Position numbers and translations under genes: made by a program. From positions 113,607 through 133,606 of the forward strand of contig CAXBME010000025.1 in assembly GCA_963976765.1 (NCBI GenBank): 20,000 nt of DNA, given 5' to 3'. Each line of letters starts with the position of its first letter. The first letter of the stretch is position 1. This DNA comes from an uncultured Planctomycetaceae bacterium. GTDB lineage: Bacteria > Planctomycetota > Planctomycetia > Planctomycetales > Planctomycetaceae. Of this stretch, positions 10,506 through 19,392 are shown piece by piece. A model generated the notes under the pieces. The model did not search any database. It was not told where the DNA came from and saw only the letters and a list, made by a program, of their open reading frames with translations.

Positions 10506-11735
10506 ATGCAGTTTCCACCCGTCGAAGAACAGCTCGCGATTATCCGCCGCGGCGTCGAAAAAATCGTTCCTGAAGAAGAGCTGGCTGGCAAATTAAAGAA
10601 GAGTCTGGAAACGGGAACGCCGCTTCGCGTCAAGTACGGAATCGACCCGACCGGCATCGACGTCCACCTCGGCCACACCGTTCCGCTGCGAAAGATTCGG
10701 CAGTTCCAGGAACTCGGCCATCAGGCAGTCATCATCATCGGAAACGCGACGGCACTCGTCGGCGACCCCAGCGGACGCGACGCTGCTCGCACAAAAAAGT
10801 TGACCGCAGAAGACGTCGAGAACAACGCTCGTGACTACTTGGAGCAGGTCGGCAAGGTGGTCGACCTCGACAAGGCCGAAGTGCATCGCAACGGTGACTG
10901 GTTCGGAAAAATGGGCCTGCCCGAGATCCTGAATCTCTGCGGCAAGGTCACCGTCGCCCAGCTTCTGACGCGCGACGATTTCGCCAAACGATACAAAGAC
11001 GAGAAGCCGATCTTTCTCCACGAATGTCTGTACCCGGTAATGCAGGCCTGGGACTCGGTCGAGATTAAATCGGACATCGAACTCGGCGGCACCGAGCAGC
11101 TTTACAGTTTCATGCTGGCTCGCGACCTGCAGAAAGACGCCGGCATCAACCAGCAGATCGGTATCATGTCGCCGATTCTGGTCGGACTCGACGGAGTCCG
11201 CCGCATGGGCAAGAGCCTGGGCAACTACATCGGCATCAGCGAAGAGCCGTACGAGATGATGAAAAAGTTCATGCAGCTCCCCGACGAGGTGATGCGTATG
11301 TACTTCGAACTTCTGACACAACTACCGATGGAAGAAATCGATTCGTTACTCGCCGGACATCCCAAAGAAGCAAAAGTAACACTCGCCCGATCGGTCATCG
11401 ACGACTACCACGCCGCCGGTTCGGGAGCCACCGCAGCAGATCGGTGGCAGCAGGAAATCGGAGACAAGTCGGCGCTCCCGCAGGATATTCTAACGATCAG
11501 CATTCTTAGATCAGCGTTGGGAAGTAACGAGAGTATCCAAGCGCTCACGCTTCTCACACTAACCCAATTCTGCCGGTCAAATAGCGATGCACGAAGGCTG
11601 ATAAAACAAGGCGGAATGAAACTCGGCGAAGGCAAAGTTAAAGTTGAGTCCATCGATCAACCTGTGCTAATCGAGAACGGCCTTCTCGTTTGGGCCGGAA
11701 ATAAAAAAGTCTGCCTTATCGAACTGCTCGATTGA
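10506..11735 (+). CDS. tyrS: Tyrosine--tRNA ligase
   Basis: KYGIDPTGIDVHLGH (HIGH motif), GDPSGR, LYPVMQAWDS, ELGGTEQ, KMSKS-equivalent RMGKSLGN, C-terminal S4-like SNSDARRLIKQGG. Confidence 0.97.
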   Translation: MQFPPVEEQLAIIRRGVEKIVPEEELAGKLKKSLETGTPLRVKYGIDPTGIDVHLGHTVPLRKIRQFQELGHQAVIIIGNATALVGDPSGRDAARTKKLTAEDVENNARDYLEQVGKVVDLDKAEVHRNGDWFGKMGLPEILNLCGKVTVAQLLTRDDFAKRYKDEKPIFLHECLYPVMQAWDSVEIKSDIELGGTEQLYSFMLARDLQKDAGINQQIGIMSPILVGLDGVRRMGKSLGNYIGISEEPYEMMKKFMQLPDEVMRMYFELLTQLPMEEIDSLLAGHPKEAKVTLARSVIDDYHAAGSGATAADRWQQEIGDKSALPQDILTISILRSALGSNESIQALTLLTLTQFCRSNSDARRLIKQGGMKLGEGKVKVESIDQPVLIENGLLVWAGNKKVCLIELLD

Positions 11736-11753
11736 GGATTCGATACATCGAGC

Positions 11754-11792
11754 CCACGGATATCTCAGATTGGTATGGATACTGAAGGATGC
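11754..11792 (+). repeat. Left inverted repeat of the GxxExxY cassette
   Basis: CCACGGATATCTCAGATTGGTATGGATACTGAAGGATGC matches the reverse complement of 12211-12249 at 31/39 positions without gaps. Confidence 0.85.
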
Positions 11793-11832
11793 CATTGGGA
11801 GCATTCGATAATTGTTCTGGAGAATTTGAATC

Positions 11833-12204
11833 ATGGCCAGCCTGCTGCACGAAGAGGTCACTGAAGACATAATCGGTGCAGCGATGGCAGTCTTGAATGA
11901 GTTGAAGCCGGGCCTGAACGAAAAGATTTACGAAAGAGCACTGATCATCGAGTTGAAGAGTCGTGGTCGACAAGTCGAATGTCAAAAGCAGTATGAAATC
12001 TTCTATCGTGGAGAAAAAGTTGGTTTGCTCCAGCCAGACTTGATTGTGGACAACGCCGTTATCGTTGAAACAAAAGTCGTAGAGACCTTTCACGATTCTC
12101 ACATTGCCCAGGTTCTTGGTTATCTCGCAATTACAAATCTTGGTGTTGGACTACTGATTAATTTCAGCCAACCAAGACTCAAATGGAAAAGAATCGTCAA
12201 GTAA
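11833..12204 (+). CDS. GxxExxY protein (PD-(D/E)XK nuclease-like)
   Basis: IIGAAMAVLNELKPGLNEKIYERAL (GxxExxY), PDLIVDNAVIVETK (PD...ExK), HIAQVLGYL, GLLINF. Possible RBS GGAG at 11819-11822. GC about 45% by hand count (165/370). Confidence 0.95.
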   Translation: MASLLHEEVTEDIIGAAMAVLNELKPGLNEKIYERALIIELKSRGRQVECQKQYEIFYRGEKVGLLQPDLIVDNAVIVETKVVETFHDSHIAQVLGYLAITNLGVGLLINFSQPRLKWKRIVK

Positions 12205-12210
12205 CACCGA

Positions 12211-12249
12211 GCATCCTTTTCCATCCGTACCAATCCGCGTTATCCGTGG
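12211..12249 (-). repeat. Right inverted repeat of the GxxExxY cassette
   Basis: GCATCCTTTTCCATCCGTACCAATCCGCGTTATCCGTGG, with ATCC at 12213, 12223, 12233 and 12242. Confidence 0.85.
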
Positions 12250-12274
12250 TCATTCTTTACACACAGGACACCTT

Positions 12275-13351
12275 ATGAAAACAGGATTCGCCATCGTCGG
12301 CTGCGGCATGATCTCGCGATTTCACGCGAAGGCCATTGAAGAAATTCGTGGCGCAAAGATCGTTGCCTGCTACGACGCATTCACCGCATCGGCCGACAGG
12401 TTTGCCGCCGAAATCGGCTGCAAGGCTTACCACGATCTCAAAGAAATGCTGGCTGACCCAGACGTCAACGTCGTGACGATCTGCACGCCCAGCGGTGCTC
12501 ACATGGATCCCGCCGTTGCCGCTGCCAATGCCGGTAAGCACGTTGTGGTCGAGAAGCCTCTTGAGATCACGCTGAAACGTTGCGACAAAATCATCGACGC
12601 CTGCCGAAAGAACAAGGTGCAGCTCTGCACGATTCTTCCGTCACGATTCAGCCCGGCCAACCAGGCTCTGAAGACAGCCATCGACGAAGGCCGCTTCGGA
12701 CGCCTGACGCTCGGCGACACCTTTGTGAAGTGGTGGCGAACTCAGGAATACTACGACAGCGGCGGGTGGCGAGGCACGTTCGCGATGGACGGCGGCGGTG
12801 CCTACATGAATCAGGGCATCCACAATGTGGACCTGCTTTACTGGTTCATGGGCGAAGTCGTTGAGGTCGCAGCCTTCACCGACACGCTGGCTCACGAACG
12901 GATTGAAGTCGAAGATGTCGGCGCCGCGACCGTTCGGTTTGCCAATGGAGCCGTCGGTGTCCTTGAAGCGACAACGGCCGCCTGGCCGGGACTGCTCAAG
13001 AAGACCGAAATCCACGGCACAACCGGATCAGCGATCGTCGAGCAGGATCACATCCTGAAGTGGGAATTCGCGAAAAAGTCTCCCAGGGATAAAGCAGTTC
13101 GAGAGAAACTGATGGGCGGCGGGGCGAATACCGGCGGAGCTGCAGATCCGTCGGCGATTGACCACTCGGGCCATCGAGATCAGCTCAAAGATTTCATTAA
13201 GGCGATCGAGACCGGCACGAAGCCAGCCATTGATGGCGAAGAAGGCAGGAAGAGCGTCGAACTGATCCTGGCTATCTACAAGTCATCATGGACTGGCAAA
13301 GTAGTCAAGCTGCCGCTGAAGTCTGACCCGAAACCGCCGAAGAAGAATTGA
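12275..13351 (+). CDS. Gfo/Idh/MocA family oxidoreductase
   Basis: Rossmann motif AIVGCGMI, ICTPSGAH, GKHVVVEKP, WRGT..MDGGGAYMNQGIH, EVED. RBS AGGA upstream. Confidence 0.95.
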   Translation: MKTGFAIVGCGMISRFHAKAIEEIRGAKIVACYDAFTASADRFAAEIGCKAYHDLKEMLADPDVNVVTICTPSGAHMDPAVAAANAGKHVVVEKPLEITLKRCDKIIDACRKNKVQLCTILPSRFSPANQALKTAIDEGRFGRLTLGDTFVKWWRTQEYYDSGGWRGTFAMDGGGAYMNQGIHNVDLLYWFMGEVVEVAAFTDTLAHERIEVEDVGAATVRFANGAVGVLEATTAAWPGLLKKTEIHGTTGSAIVEQDHILKWEFAKKSPRDKAVREKLMGGGANTGGAADPSAIDHSGHRDQLKDFIKAIETGTKPAIDGEEGRKSVELILAIYKSSWTGKVVKLPLKSDPKPPKKN

Positions 13352-13416
13352 CCGATTGAAGCGTTCGGGCGAGAGTTGCCACTGGACGAGACACTGACAA
13401 CTGAAATTCACGGACG

Positions 13417-14439
13417 GTGAGTGGTCAACGGAGTGACCTTTTCATGAAATTCATGAAGCAGAATAAGTGGCGCCGGCTGCTGGAATACGCCGCGTTCCGA
13501 TGCCTGATTGCAGTCATCTGGATTCTGCCTGTCCGTCTTCAAAGAGTCCTGGCGTGGACTCTGGCGACTCTGATGTGCCGGGTTCTACCCGGGAAATGGA
13601 CTCGTTACGACATCGCGTTTGAGAATATCCGTCAGTCGTTTGGTGATGAATTCTCGGACGAAAAAATCGATCAAACCATCTTCGGCATGTGGCAGCACCT
13701 GTTGCGGATGGTCTGCGAGATGGTTCAGTTCCCTCGCAAAGTCAGCTGCAACAACATTTACGATGTTGTCCAGTTCCGCAACAAGGACATGGTCATTCAG
13801 ACGCTGTGTTCTGGCCGGCCAGTGATCATGCTCAGCGGCCACTTCGGTAACTGGGAGATGTCGATCGCCACGTTTGGAATGTTCGGGTTTCCGATGGGGG
13901 TTGTCGCGCGAACGCTGGATAATCCCTACCTTGATGACTGGTTCAGAGAGTTCCGTGAATCGACCGGCCACGCCATGATCGACAAGAAAGGCGGCGGCGG
14001 CGAAATGCAGGACCGCCTGAGTAACGACCAGCACCTCGCACTACTGGCCGATCAGGATGCTGGTCGGCGAGGCGTCTTTGTCGATTTCTTTGGCCGCCCC
14101 GCATCAACCTACAAGTCGATCGCCGTTCTCGCACAGCGTTACGACGCTCTGGTTTGTGTGGGCTATTCAATCCGACTCGCTGATGACGCACATACCTCAA
14201 ACTGGGTAAAGTACGAACTCGGCTGCGAAGCAATCCTTGACCCGCGCGAGTACACATCCAGAGACGCCGTTCGTGAGATGACGCAGGACTACACAACTGC
14301 GTTGGAACGAGCCGTACGTCGAGCCCCCGAACAATACTTCTGGGTCCACCGCCGCTGGAAAACACCGGAGCCCGAAAAGAAGAAAACAACTCTCGAACCA
14401 TCTCAGTCTCCTGACGACTCAGTCCGCCGCGCGGGATGA
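13417..14439 (+). CDS. Lipid A biosynthesis lauroyl/myristoyl acyltransferase family (LpxL/HtrB-like)
   Basis: Motifs SGHFGNWE, R.LDNPYLD, LLADQD, VDFFGRPA, PEQYFWVHRRWK. The start may be the ATG at 13444 or 13453. Confidence 0.92.
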   Translation: MSGQRSDLFMKFMKQNKWRRLLEYAAFRCLIAVIWILPVRLQRVLAWTLATLMCRVLPGKWTRYDIAFENIRQSFGDEFSDEKIDQTIFGMWQHLLRMVCEMVQFPRKVSCNNIYDVVQFRNKDMVIQTLCSGRPVIMLSGHFGNWEMSIATFGMFGFPMGVVARTLDNPYLDDWFREFRESTGHAMIDKKGGGGEMQDRLSNDQHLALLADQDAGRRGVFVDFFGRPASTYKSIAVLAQRYDALVCVGYSIRLADDAHTSNWVKYELGCEAILDPREYTSRDAVREMTQDYTTALERAVRRAPEQYFWVHRRWKTPEPEKKKTTLEPSQSPDDSVRRAG

Positions 14440-14687
14440 TTCAGTTTCAGACAACTTTTTCAGGCCACTTTCCATGCTGGACAGGATTCCGCAAATCGCA
14501 TTGATCGACGTAAAATGACGCCGGAGAATTCGCCAGATCGAGACCTGCAACCCGAAAAAAGTTGTCAGCCGTAACCTGGCACCGCACCAAACGATCTGAT
14601 AAATTCCCGCCCACGGCAGGCCGTCCACCTCACTCAGCAAGTGCGAAATCATCCACTTTCTGACAAACTGGTCGGCACACATCACAG

Positions 14688-14761
<74 letters not shown>

Positions 14762-14780
14762 CTAGACTTACGACGATTGA

Positions 14781-14821
14781 CCCTCTCGGATGTACCCAGG
14801 TACGATCGAGAGGGCTTTTTT
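14781..14821 (+). terminator. Rho-independent terminator after the tRNA
   Basis: Stem CCCTCTCG (14781-14788) / CGAGAGGG (14807-14814) with an inner GTAC/GTAC helix, followed by T6 (14816-14821). Confidence 0.8.
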
Positions 14822-14842
14822 GTCTCCGGACGGAATTTCACT

Positions 14843-15557
14843 CTACGTCATGCGGTATTCCTCATTGTCCGGCAGCAACAGCGTCAGGTGGATCGCTTTG
14901 CGGATCAGACCGCCAAGGGCGGATATCTTGTGACGTCGCTCTACGGTCACAATGCGCGCTGGAGACCGAAAGTCGCGTCGTCAGGAAATCGGTCGTGCCG
15001 TGCCCAGCATTTCTGAGCGAGCGTGAAGCCTCGGTACACTGCCGCGTTATCACTGACCAGTACGCCACCGAACAGGTCTTTTGGCAATTACGTCGCCAGT
15101 GTGGCTCCGTGTTTGTGGACTCCGAACAGGATGATCCGAACCTGCTCCGAGAGAAAAGCCCACACCAAATTGATAATCCAGCCCGTCTCGTCAGCATGCA
15201 CGATGGCTGAGTTCGCGAGCAGTGTGCAGTCACCCGGCGAGAGGTCTTCAGAAAAAAAATCCTCGTGGCGATCGACCTGAGCCAGCTTCTCCTCGGTAGT
15301 ACGTCGACCGCGCCGAGACGACTTCTGCTTCTTCCGCCGCTTGCCGCCGGCGCGTTTGTCTTCGACTTCCAGAGAATACTCGTCATCCAACCGCTGCGTC
15401 GGATGTTGCCCGTCACGATCTTCGAGTTGCCCCTTGAGCCGCGCATTTCCAATCTGAAACTAACCATTCGCATACTACAGTCGCCGAACGAGCGCCAAGA
15501 GATCATCGACACTCACGCCGCGCCGTCACTTGTGCCTGTCGAAGTTTCTGCATCCAT
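14843..15557 (-). pseudogene. Degenerate IS66-family transposase
   Basis: Reconstructed across stops and frameshifts: MDAE...VDDLLALVRRL*...RLDDEYSLEVEDKR...KKQKSSRRGRRTTEEK...TLLANSAIVHADETGW..VWAF...HKHGATLAT*LPKDLFGGVLVSDNAAVY...QKCWA[insert]LIRKAIHLTLLLPDNEEYR. HADET.W, G.LVSD...Y and Q.CWAH are IS66 DDE motifs. The C-terminal part is missing. Confidence 0.88.
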
Positions 15558-15599
15558 TCCCGGCTGACATGAGATTCCCTGCCCTGCGCCTGACCTAGG

Positions 15600-15625
15600 T
15601 TTCAATCTCAAGATTGGACAGCTAC
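15600..15625 (-). mobile_element. Putative left end of the IS66 remnant
   Basis: The minus strand reads GTAGCTGTCCAATCTTGAGATTGAAA from 15625, about 70 bp upstream of the transposase start. IS66 ends typically begin with GTA. No partner right end was found. Confidence 0.4.
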
Positions 15626-15843
15626 CGGCAGACATTAGTGGTCGCGCGAATCAGTTCGACGCGTCGTCGGTCGAGCATTCAGGGCCATGAATGTGAGCCA
15701 TTTACTACTGGTTGTGATTTTGCATGCATGAATCACCGACACATTCCGACCCTGTATACAGCTGAGTGGCAGAAAGCTGCAAAAAGCAGGCAATCTCACA
15801 GAGAGATCGCCATCACCACCTCACATGTGAGAGAGTGCGAACA

Positions 15844-16242
15844 ATGCAAACCCTGGTCATTCCCCCTACTGCTGGTGTGATCGCAGCGCTGGCCGTTCAA
15901 GCTGGCAGTGGTTCCATCGTTCTCAGTGTGTTCGCTGGAGTTTCACTGCTGTTCCGTCTGTCGGTTGTGCTGTCTCGAATACTGATGAACCGTCGAGTTT
16001 GGAAGATCGAATCAGGCATGGGAGATTGCGAACGCAAAGTTGTTCCGATCGTGTTTACTCGATTGTGGTCGTGGCAGAAGGAAAGCGAGATCGAAGAGGT
16101 GAAGAAAAAACTGGCGGCGGGCTGGCAGTATCTGAAGCGCGCGAGGGCTTCCGATTCATCCTTGCTCAGAACGAAATTCGGAGGCATTGACGTTCATTTT
16201 ATCCGTGCTATCCCGAACAGCGAGACGGTGACTGCAAGCTGA
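15844..16242 (+). CDS. Hypothetical membrane protein
   Basis: Open frame 15766..16242; the likely start is the ATG at 15844 (MQTLV). A hydrophobic N-terminal ~45 aa is followed by a small soluble domain. No family recognised. Confidence 0.5.
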   Translation: MQTLVIPPTAGVIAALAVQAGSGSIVLSVFAGVSLLFRLSVVLSRILMNRRVWKIESGMGDCERKVVPIVFTRLWSWQKESEIEEVKKKLAAGWQYLKRARASDSSLLRTKFGGIDVHFIRAIPNSETVTAS

Positions 16243-16503
16243 AGCATAAATCCGACTGGCCAATCGTTGGACAACACCACGTTGCCCCGGAAGGCCAGTC
16301 CTGAAACCGTATCGCCACACATTCCCAGACTCTGCCTGGAATCGCACTTTCGACGCTCTGCGTCGACACGCTCGTGAAAACAGCGTTTCCGGGAAATATT
16401 GCCTTAGACGGAGCAGGACAAAACGACTGATGCCAGGGCATCGCCAGACTTAAAACGACCGGGTATTCCAGTTCAACAATATGTTCAATGGAGAAACACA
16501 CAG

Positions 16504-17472
16504 ATGAATCGCCGCATGACACTGACTCTTCTGCTGTTCACTCAAGCCGCGCTGTTCGGTTGGTGTGACACGGCACGCGCTCAGTCGGCCAGCAGGATCT
16601 ACTCGTTTCAGCCCTTTGTGGACGGAGCGAGTCTGAGTCTGATTGCCGATGAGACTACAGTTCCGGGCCGCGCGTTTCTTGGAGCACCCGTGGCATCGCA
16701 CGATGGAAACTGGATCGTCTTTGACGCAACCAAAGGGCGTGCGTTTTCCGCAACGCGGCTGATGAAAATTGCCATAGCGGGCCCGGATAAAGGCAAAGTG
16801 ACCGATCTCGGCTATGGCGTGTGCGCGTCGATTTCTCCGGATGACGAGCAGATCGCGTTTTTCCTAAACAACAACAGTCCAGGTGGCGAAGAACGAGGCA
16901 TCTGGGTCATGAATTCGGATGGATCCGGTCGTCGACGAGTCACCAACGGGTACCATCCGCACTGGGCTCCCGACGGGAAGGCGTTGCTGACAGTGACCAG
17001 CTTTCGATCACCGCGTCTGGTTACTCTTGTAGATGTTGCCACAGGCAAACGCAGTCACCTGCTCCGGAATGAGACTGTCCTTGGACAGCCCGCGTGGTCC
17101 CCCGACGGGAAACAGATCGCGATCACAGTCAAAGACGGTGATGACCGTGTGTTGTGCGTCTTCAAGCCAGAGAAAGAATCGACCAGTCGTAAGGAATTGT
17201 GGCGACACAAGTGGAACCAGGAATACGAAGAGACCTGGCCAGACTGGTCACCAGACGGCAAATCGATCGTGCTTACGGTCTGGGACAAAGACGTCGGTGG
17301 TGTCATCATCGTTGACGTAAATGCTGAAGCCGGCACAAAGCCACGAAAAGCGGGCATCGCGGCTGCAAGTGAAACAGTGCGGGACTGCCAGTGGTCGGCA
17401 GGCGGCAAACAGATCCTGTTCGCATCTCAGAGTGCAGATATCCATGCACGAGCCACGACGCCGAGTGAATAA
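16504..17472 (+). CDS. Secreted TolB-like / PD40-repeat beta-propeller protein
   Basis: Signal peptide MNRRMTLTLLLFTQAALF...ARAQ and RBS GGAG. Repeats SHDGNWIVF, SPDDEQIAF, WAPDGKAL, WSPDGKQIA, WSPDGKSIV, WSAGGKQILF. Confidence 0.9.
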   Translation: MNRRMTLTLLLFTQAALFGWCDTARAQSASRIYSFQPFVDGASLSLIADETTVPGRAFLGAPVASHDGNWIVFDATKGRAFSATRLMKIAIAGPDKGKVTDLGYGVCASISPDDEQIAFFLNNNSPGGEERGIWVMNSDGSGRRRVTNGYHPHWAPDGKALLTVTSFRSPRLVTLVDVATGKRSHLLRNETVLGQPAWSPDGKQIAITVKDGDDRVLCVFKPEKESTSRKELWRHKWNQEYEETWPDWSPDGKSIVLTVWDKDVGGVIIVDVNAEAGTKPRKAGIAAASETVRDCQWSAGGKQILFASQSADIHARATTPSE

Positions 17473-17619
17473 CCAAGTGGCTGCTCCGTTGAATGCCTGT
17501 GACCCGCGGATTCCATCCAGGAATTCTGTGCTTGAATCGTTCCTGTGATACGGCTCGCCAGTTTTCTGCCGCGAGCGGCCATACATCTCCTGAACTCAAT
17601 TAGACATGAGGCCAATCTA

Positions 17620-19392
17620 ATGTCCCACCTGTCACTTCTCACCATAATGATGCTCACTCTGACCACTGAACTGACTCCGGCCCCTGTCGCGGAGGAGTCC
17701 ACAACGGTCGAGTCCGAGAGATTGCAGGGGCCGTTGCTGGTTGCCAGTGCTTTCACCGGGATTGATTCGCACCTGGAAGCTCCGCAGAGAATGCGAATCA
17801 CGAATCAGGCAAACTGGGAGCAGGTTTGGTTTCAGAGTCACAATATCAGCGTCCTGCGAGGTCGTAACCCACACCCACTCCCGGCAGTCGATTTCAGTCG
17901 TTTCATGATTATCGGGATGGTCGAAAAGGCTGACCTCTTTCCCAACGGGATCGCGATCGCTCGAATATCAACCGGATCCGTCGATACTCAAGTCCAAAAA
18001 AGAATCGAAATCGTCACTGTCGACTACCACAGCCCCGGCAAGACTGAGCAGTTCCAATCGGGCGCGAAGGAGAACGTATACGCGTTCTTTGTAATCCCGC
18101 GTTATGAACTGCAGCTCGCCCTGCGACACAACACTCAAAACGGATGGAAAGAAGTCGAACGCTTCCACGCTCTGTCATCAGGCTCGGACATCACGGCCTC
18201 GTCGGGCTCGAAAACCTCGCCGGATTCAATCATTGCTGGCACAACTATCACGACGACAGAGAGCGAGGTTCTGCAACTGTCTCGAACCGGGCTGCGAACG
18301 GGATCTGCAACAGAGCCACCCGTGACTGGTATCAGTCAGGATCGTTCCCGGGCGATCAACATTGGCTTTGCCTACGACCCGGGACAGGGAAATTACGACG
18401 GTGTGGTAGGGTCGTCTGGAGAAGTCTGGAACTTTGTTGATATCGGAACGACGGCCGTTGACTATCTGCGACATCCAAACGCATCAGGCAGCACCGCGCG
18501 ATTGCGAGTCACCAGGCATGATGGTGAGTGGGCAGTTAAGACCGACAACCAGATCTTCCGGGGCTATATCTACCACAACTGTCAGTGTGTGGATCTTGAG
18601 GCCACTCTGCTGGATGTCGCTCCGGGGCACTATCGAGCGTTTGTGTACGCTCACGGTGACACACCGAATCAGAATGCCAGCATTGAAGTCGTGGTTGGTG
18701 AACGGACTCTGGGTAAGAAGGCCACCGCCAAAGACGATTCGGATTTCCGATCGAGCCAACTGAAAGAAGGAGTTCATTACGTCACCTTCGACTTCGAATT
18801 GGCCGCCAAAGAATCCCTTCGGATTATCAGCCACCGCGATGGAAGCGGATATTCAATGTTGAATGCCATTCAACTGGTGCCACTTGCAGACGCCCCGCAG
18901 GAACAGGCTGCAACAGATTCAAGAACTCCATCACAGGACGAATCGCGGTCAACCACGGAGCCTCAACATCGTCGCAAGTCGCGAGCCTACCAGGTTGTAT
19001 TGTCAGGCATCGTGAGTCGTGAAACGCCCGCTGGAAACGAGCGGAAAGCGTGGGTGACCGTGCGTGGAACGACTGATCAGACATTGCGACTTCACTCAGG
19101 CCAGACGATTCGACTGGGCGGTCGACGCGTCGCGATTCGTAAGGTGAATGAAGACTCGATCGAAATTGAAATCGGGCGAACCAAAGGAATCGTGTGGAAA
19201 GTGGGCGCGAGTATGGCAGACAGCCTTCGCCCTGCTGAAGCTACTGGGCGGTCTGAACCAGATGGGCCAGCCAATGAAGAACCACAATCGGCTGCGCCCC
19301 TGGAAGACTTGAATTCCGAGTCCCAACCACTCCGGAAACACAACGGAATTCGACCAGTCAAACGTGCCTCCGTAGAAATCGAAGAATCGTAG
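17620..19392 (+). CDS. Secreted multidomain hypothetical protein
   Basis: Long ORF 17545..19392; the likely start is the ATG at 17620 (GAGG upstream, hydrophobic leader). Three globular segments are separated by S/T/P-rich linkers. Confidence 0.8.
   Translation: MSHLSLLTIMMLTLTTELTPAPVAEESTTVESERLQGPLLVASAFTGIDSHLEAPQRMRITNQANWEQVWFQSHNISVLRGRNPHPLPAVDFSRFMIIGMVEKADLFPNGIAIARISTGSVDTQVQKRIEIVTVDYHSPGKTEQFQSGAKENVYAFFVIPRYELQLALRHNTQNGWKEVERFHALSSGSDITASSGSKTSPDSIIAGTTITTTESEVLQLSRTGLRTGSATEPPVTGISQDRSRAINIGFAYDPGQGNYDGVVGSSGEVWNFVDIGTTAVDYLRHPNASGSTARLRVTRHDGEWAVKTDNQIFRGYIYHNCQCVDLEATLLDVAPGHYRAFVYAHGDTPNQNASIEVVVGERTLGKKATAKDDSDFRSSQLKEGVHYVTFDFELAAKESLRIISHRDGSGYSMLNAIQLVPLADAPQEQAATDSRTPSQDESRSTTEPQHRRKSRAYQVVLSGIVSRETPAGNERKAWVTVRGTTDQTLRLHSGQTIRLGGRRVAIRKVNEDSIEIEIGRTKGIVWKVGASMADSLRPAEATGRSEPDGPANEEPQSAAPLEDLNSESQPLRKHNGIRPVKRASVEIEES

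Noticed and set aside
11200..11225. TyrS KMSKS motif reads RMGKS
   Set aside because: Within the known variability of this class I motif; the catalytic second lysine is retained.
13392..13406. CACTGACAACTGAAA resembling the reverse complement of 4631-4646
   Set aside because: The match is short and gapped, so it cannot be distinguished from chance without a genome-wide count.
13441..13458. Tandem TTCATGAAA-TTCATGAAG at the acyltransferase start
   Set aside because: Only two 9-nt units; it merely creates alternative ATG starts.
14862..15512. 216-aa minus-strand ORF as an intact gene
   Set aside because: It is an off-frame reading of the IS66 pseudogene; the transposase motifs lie in other, interrupted frames.
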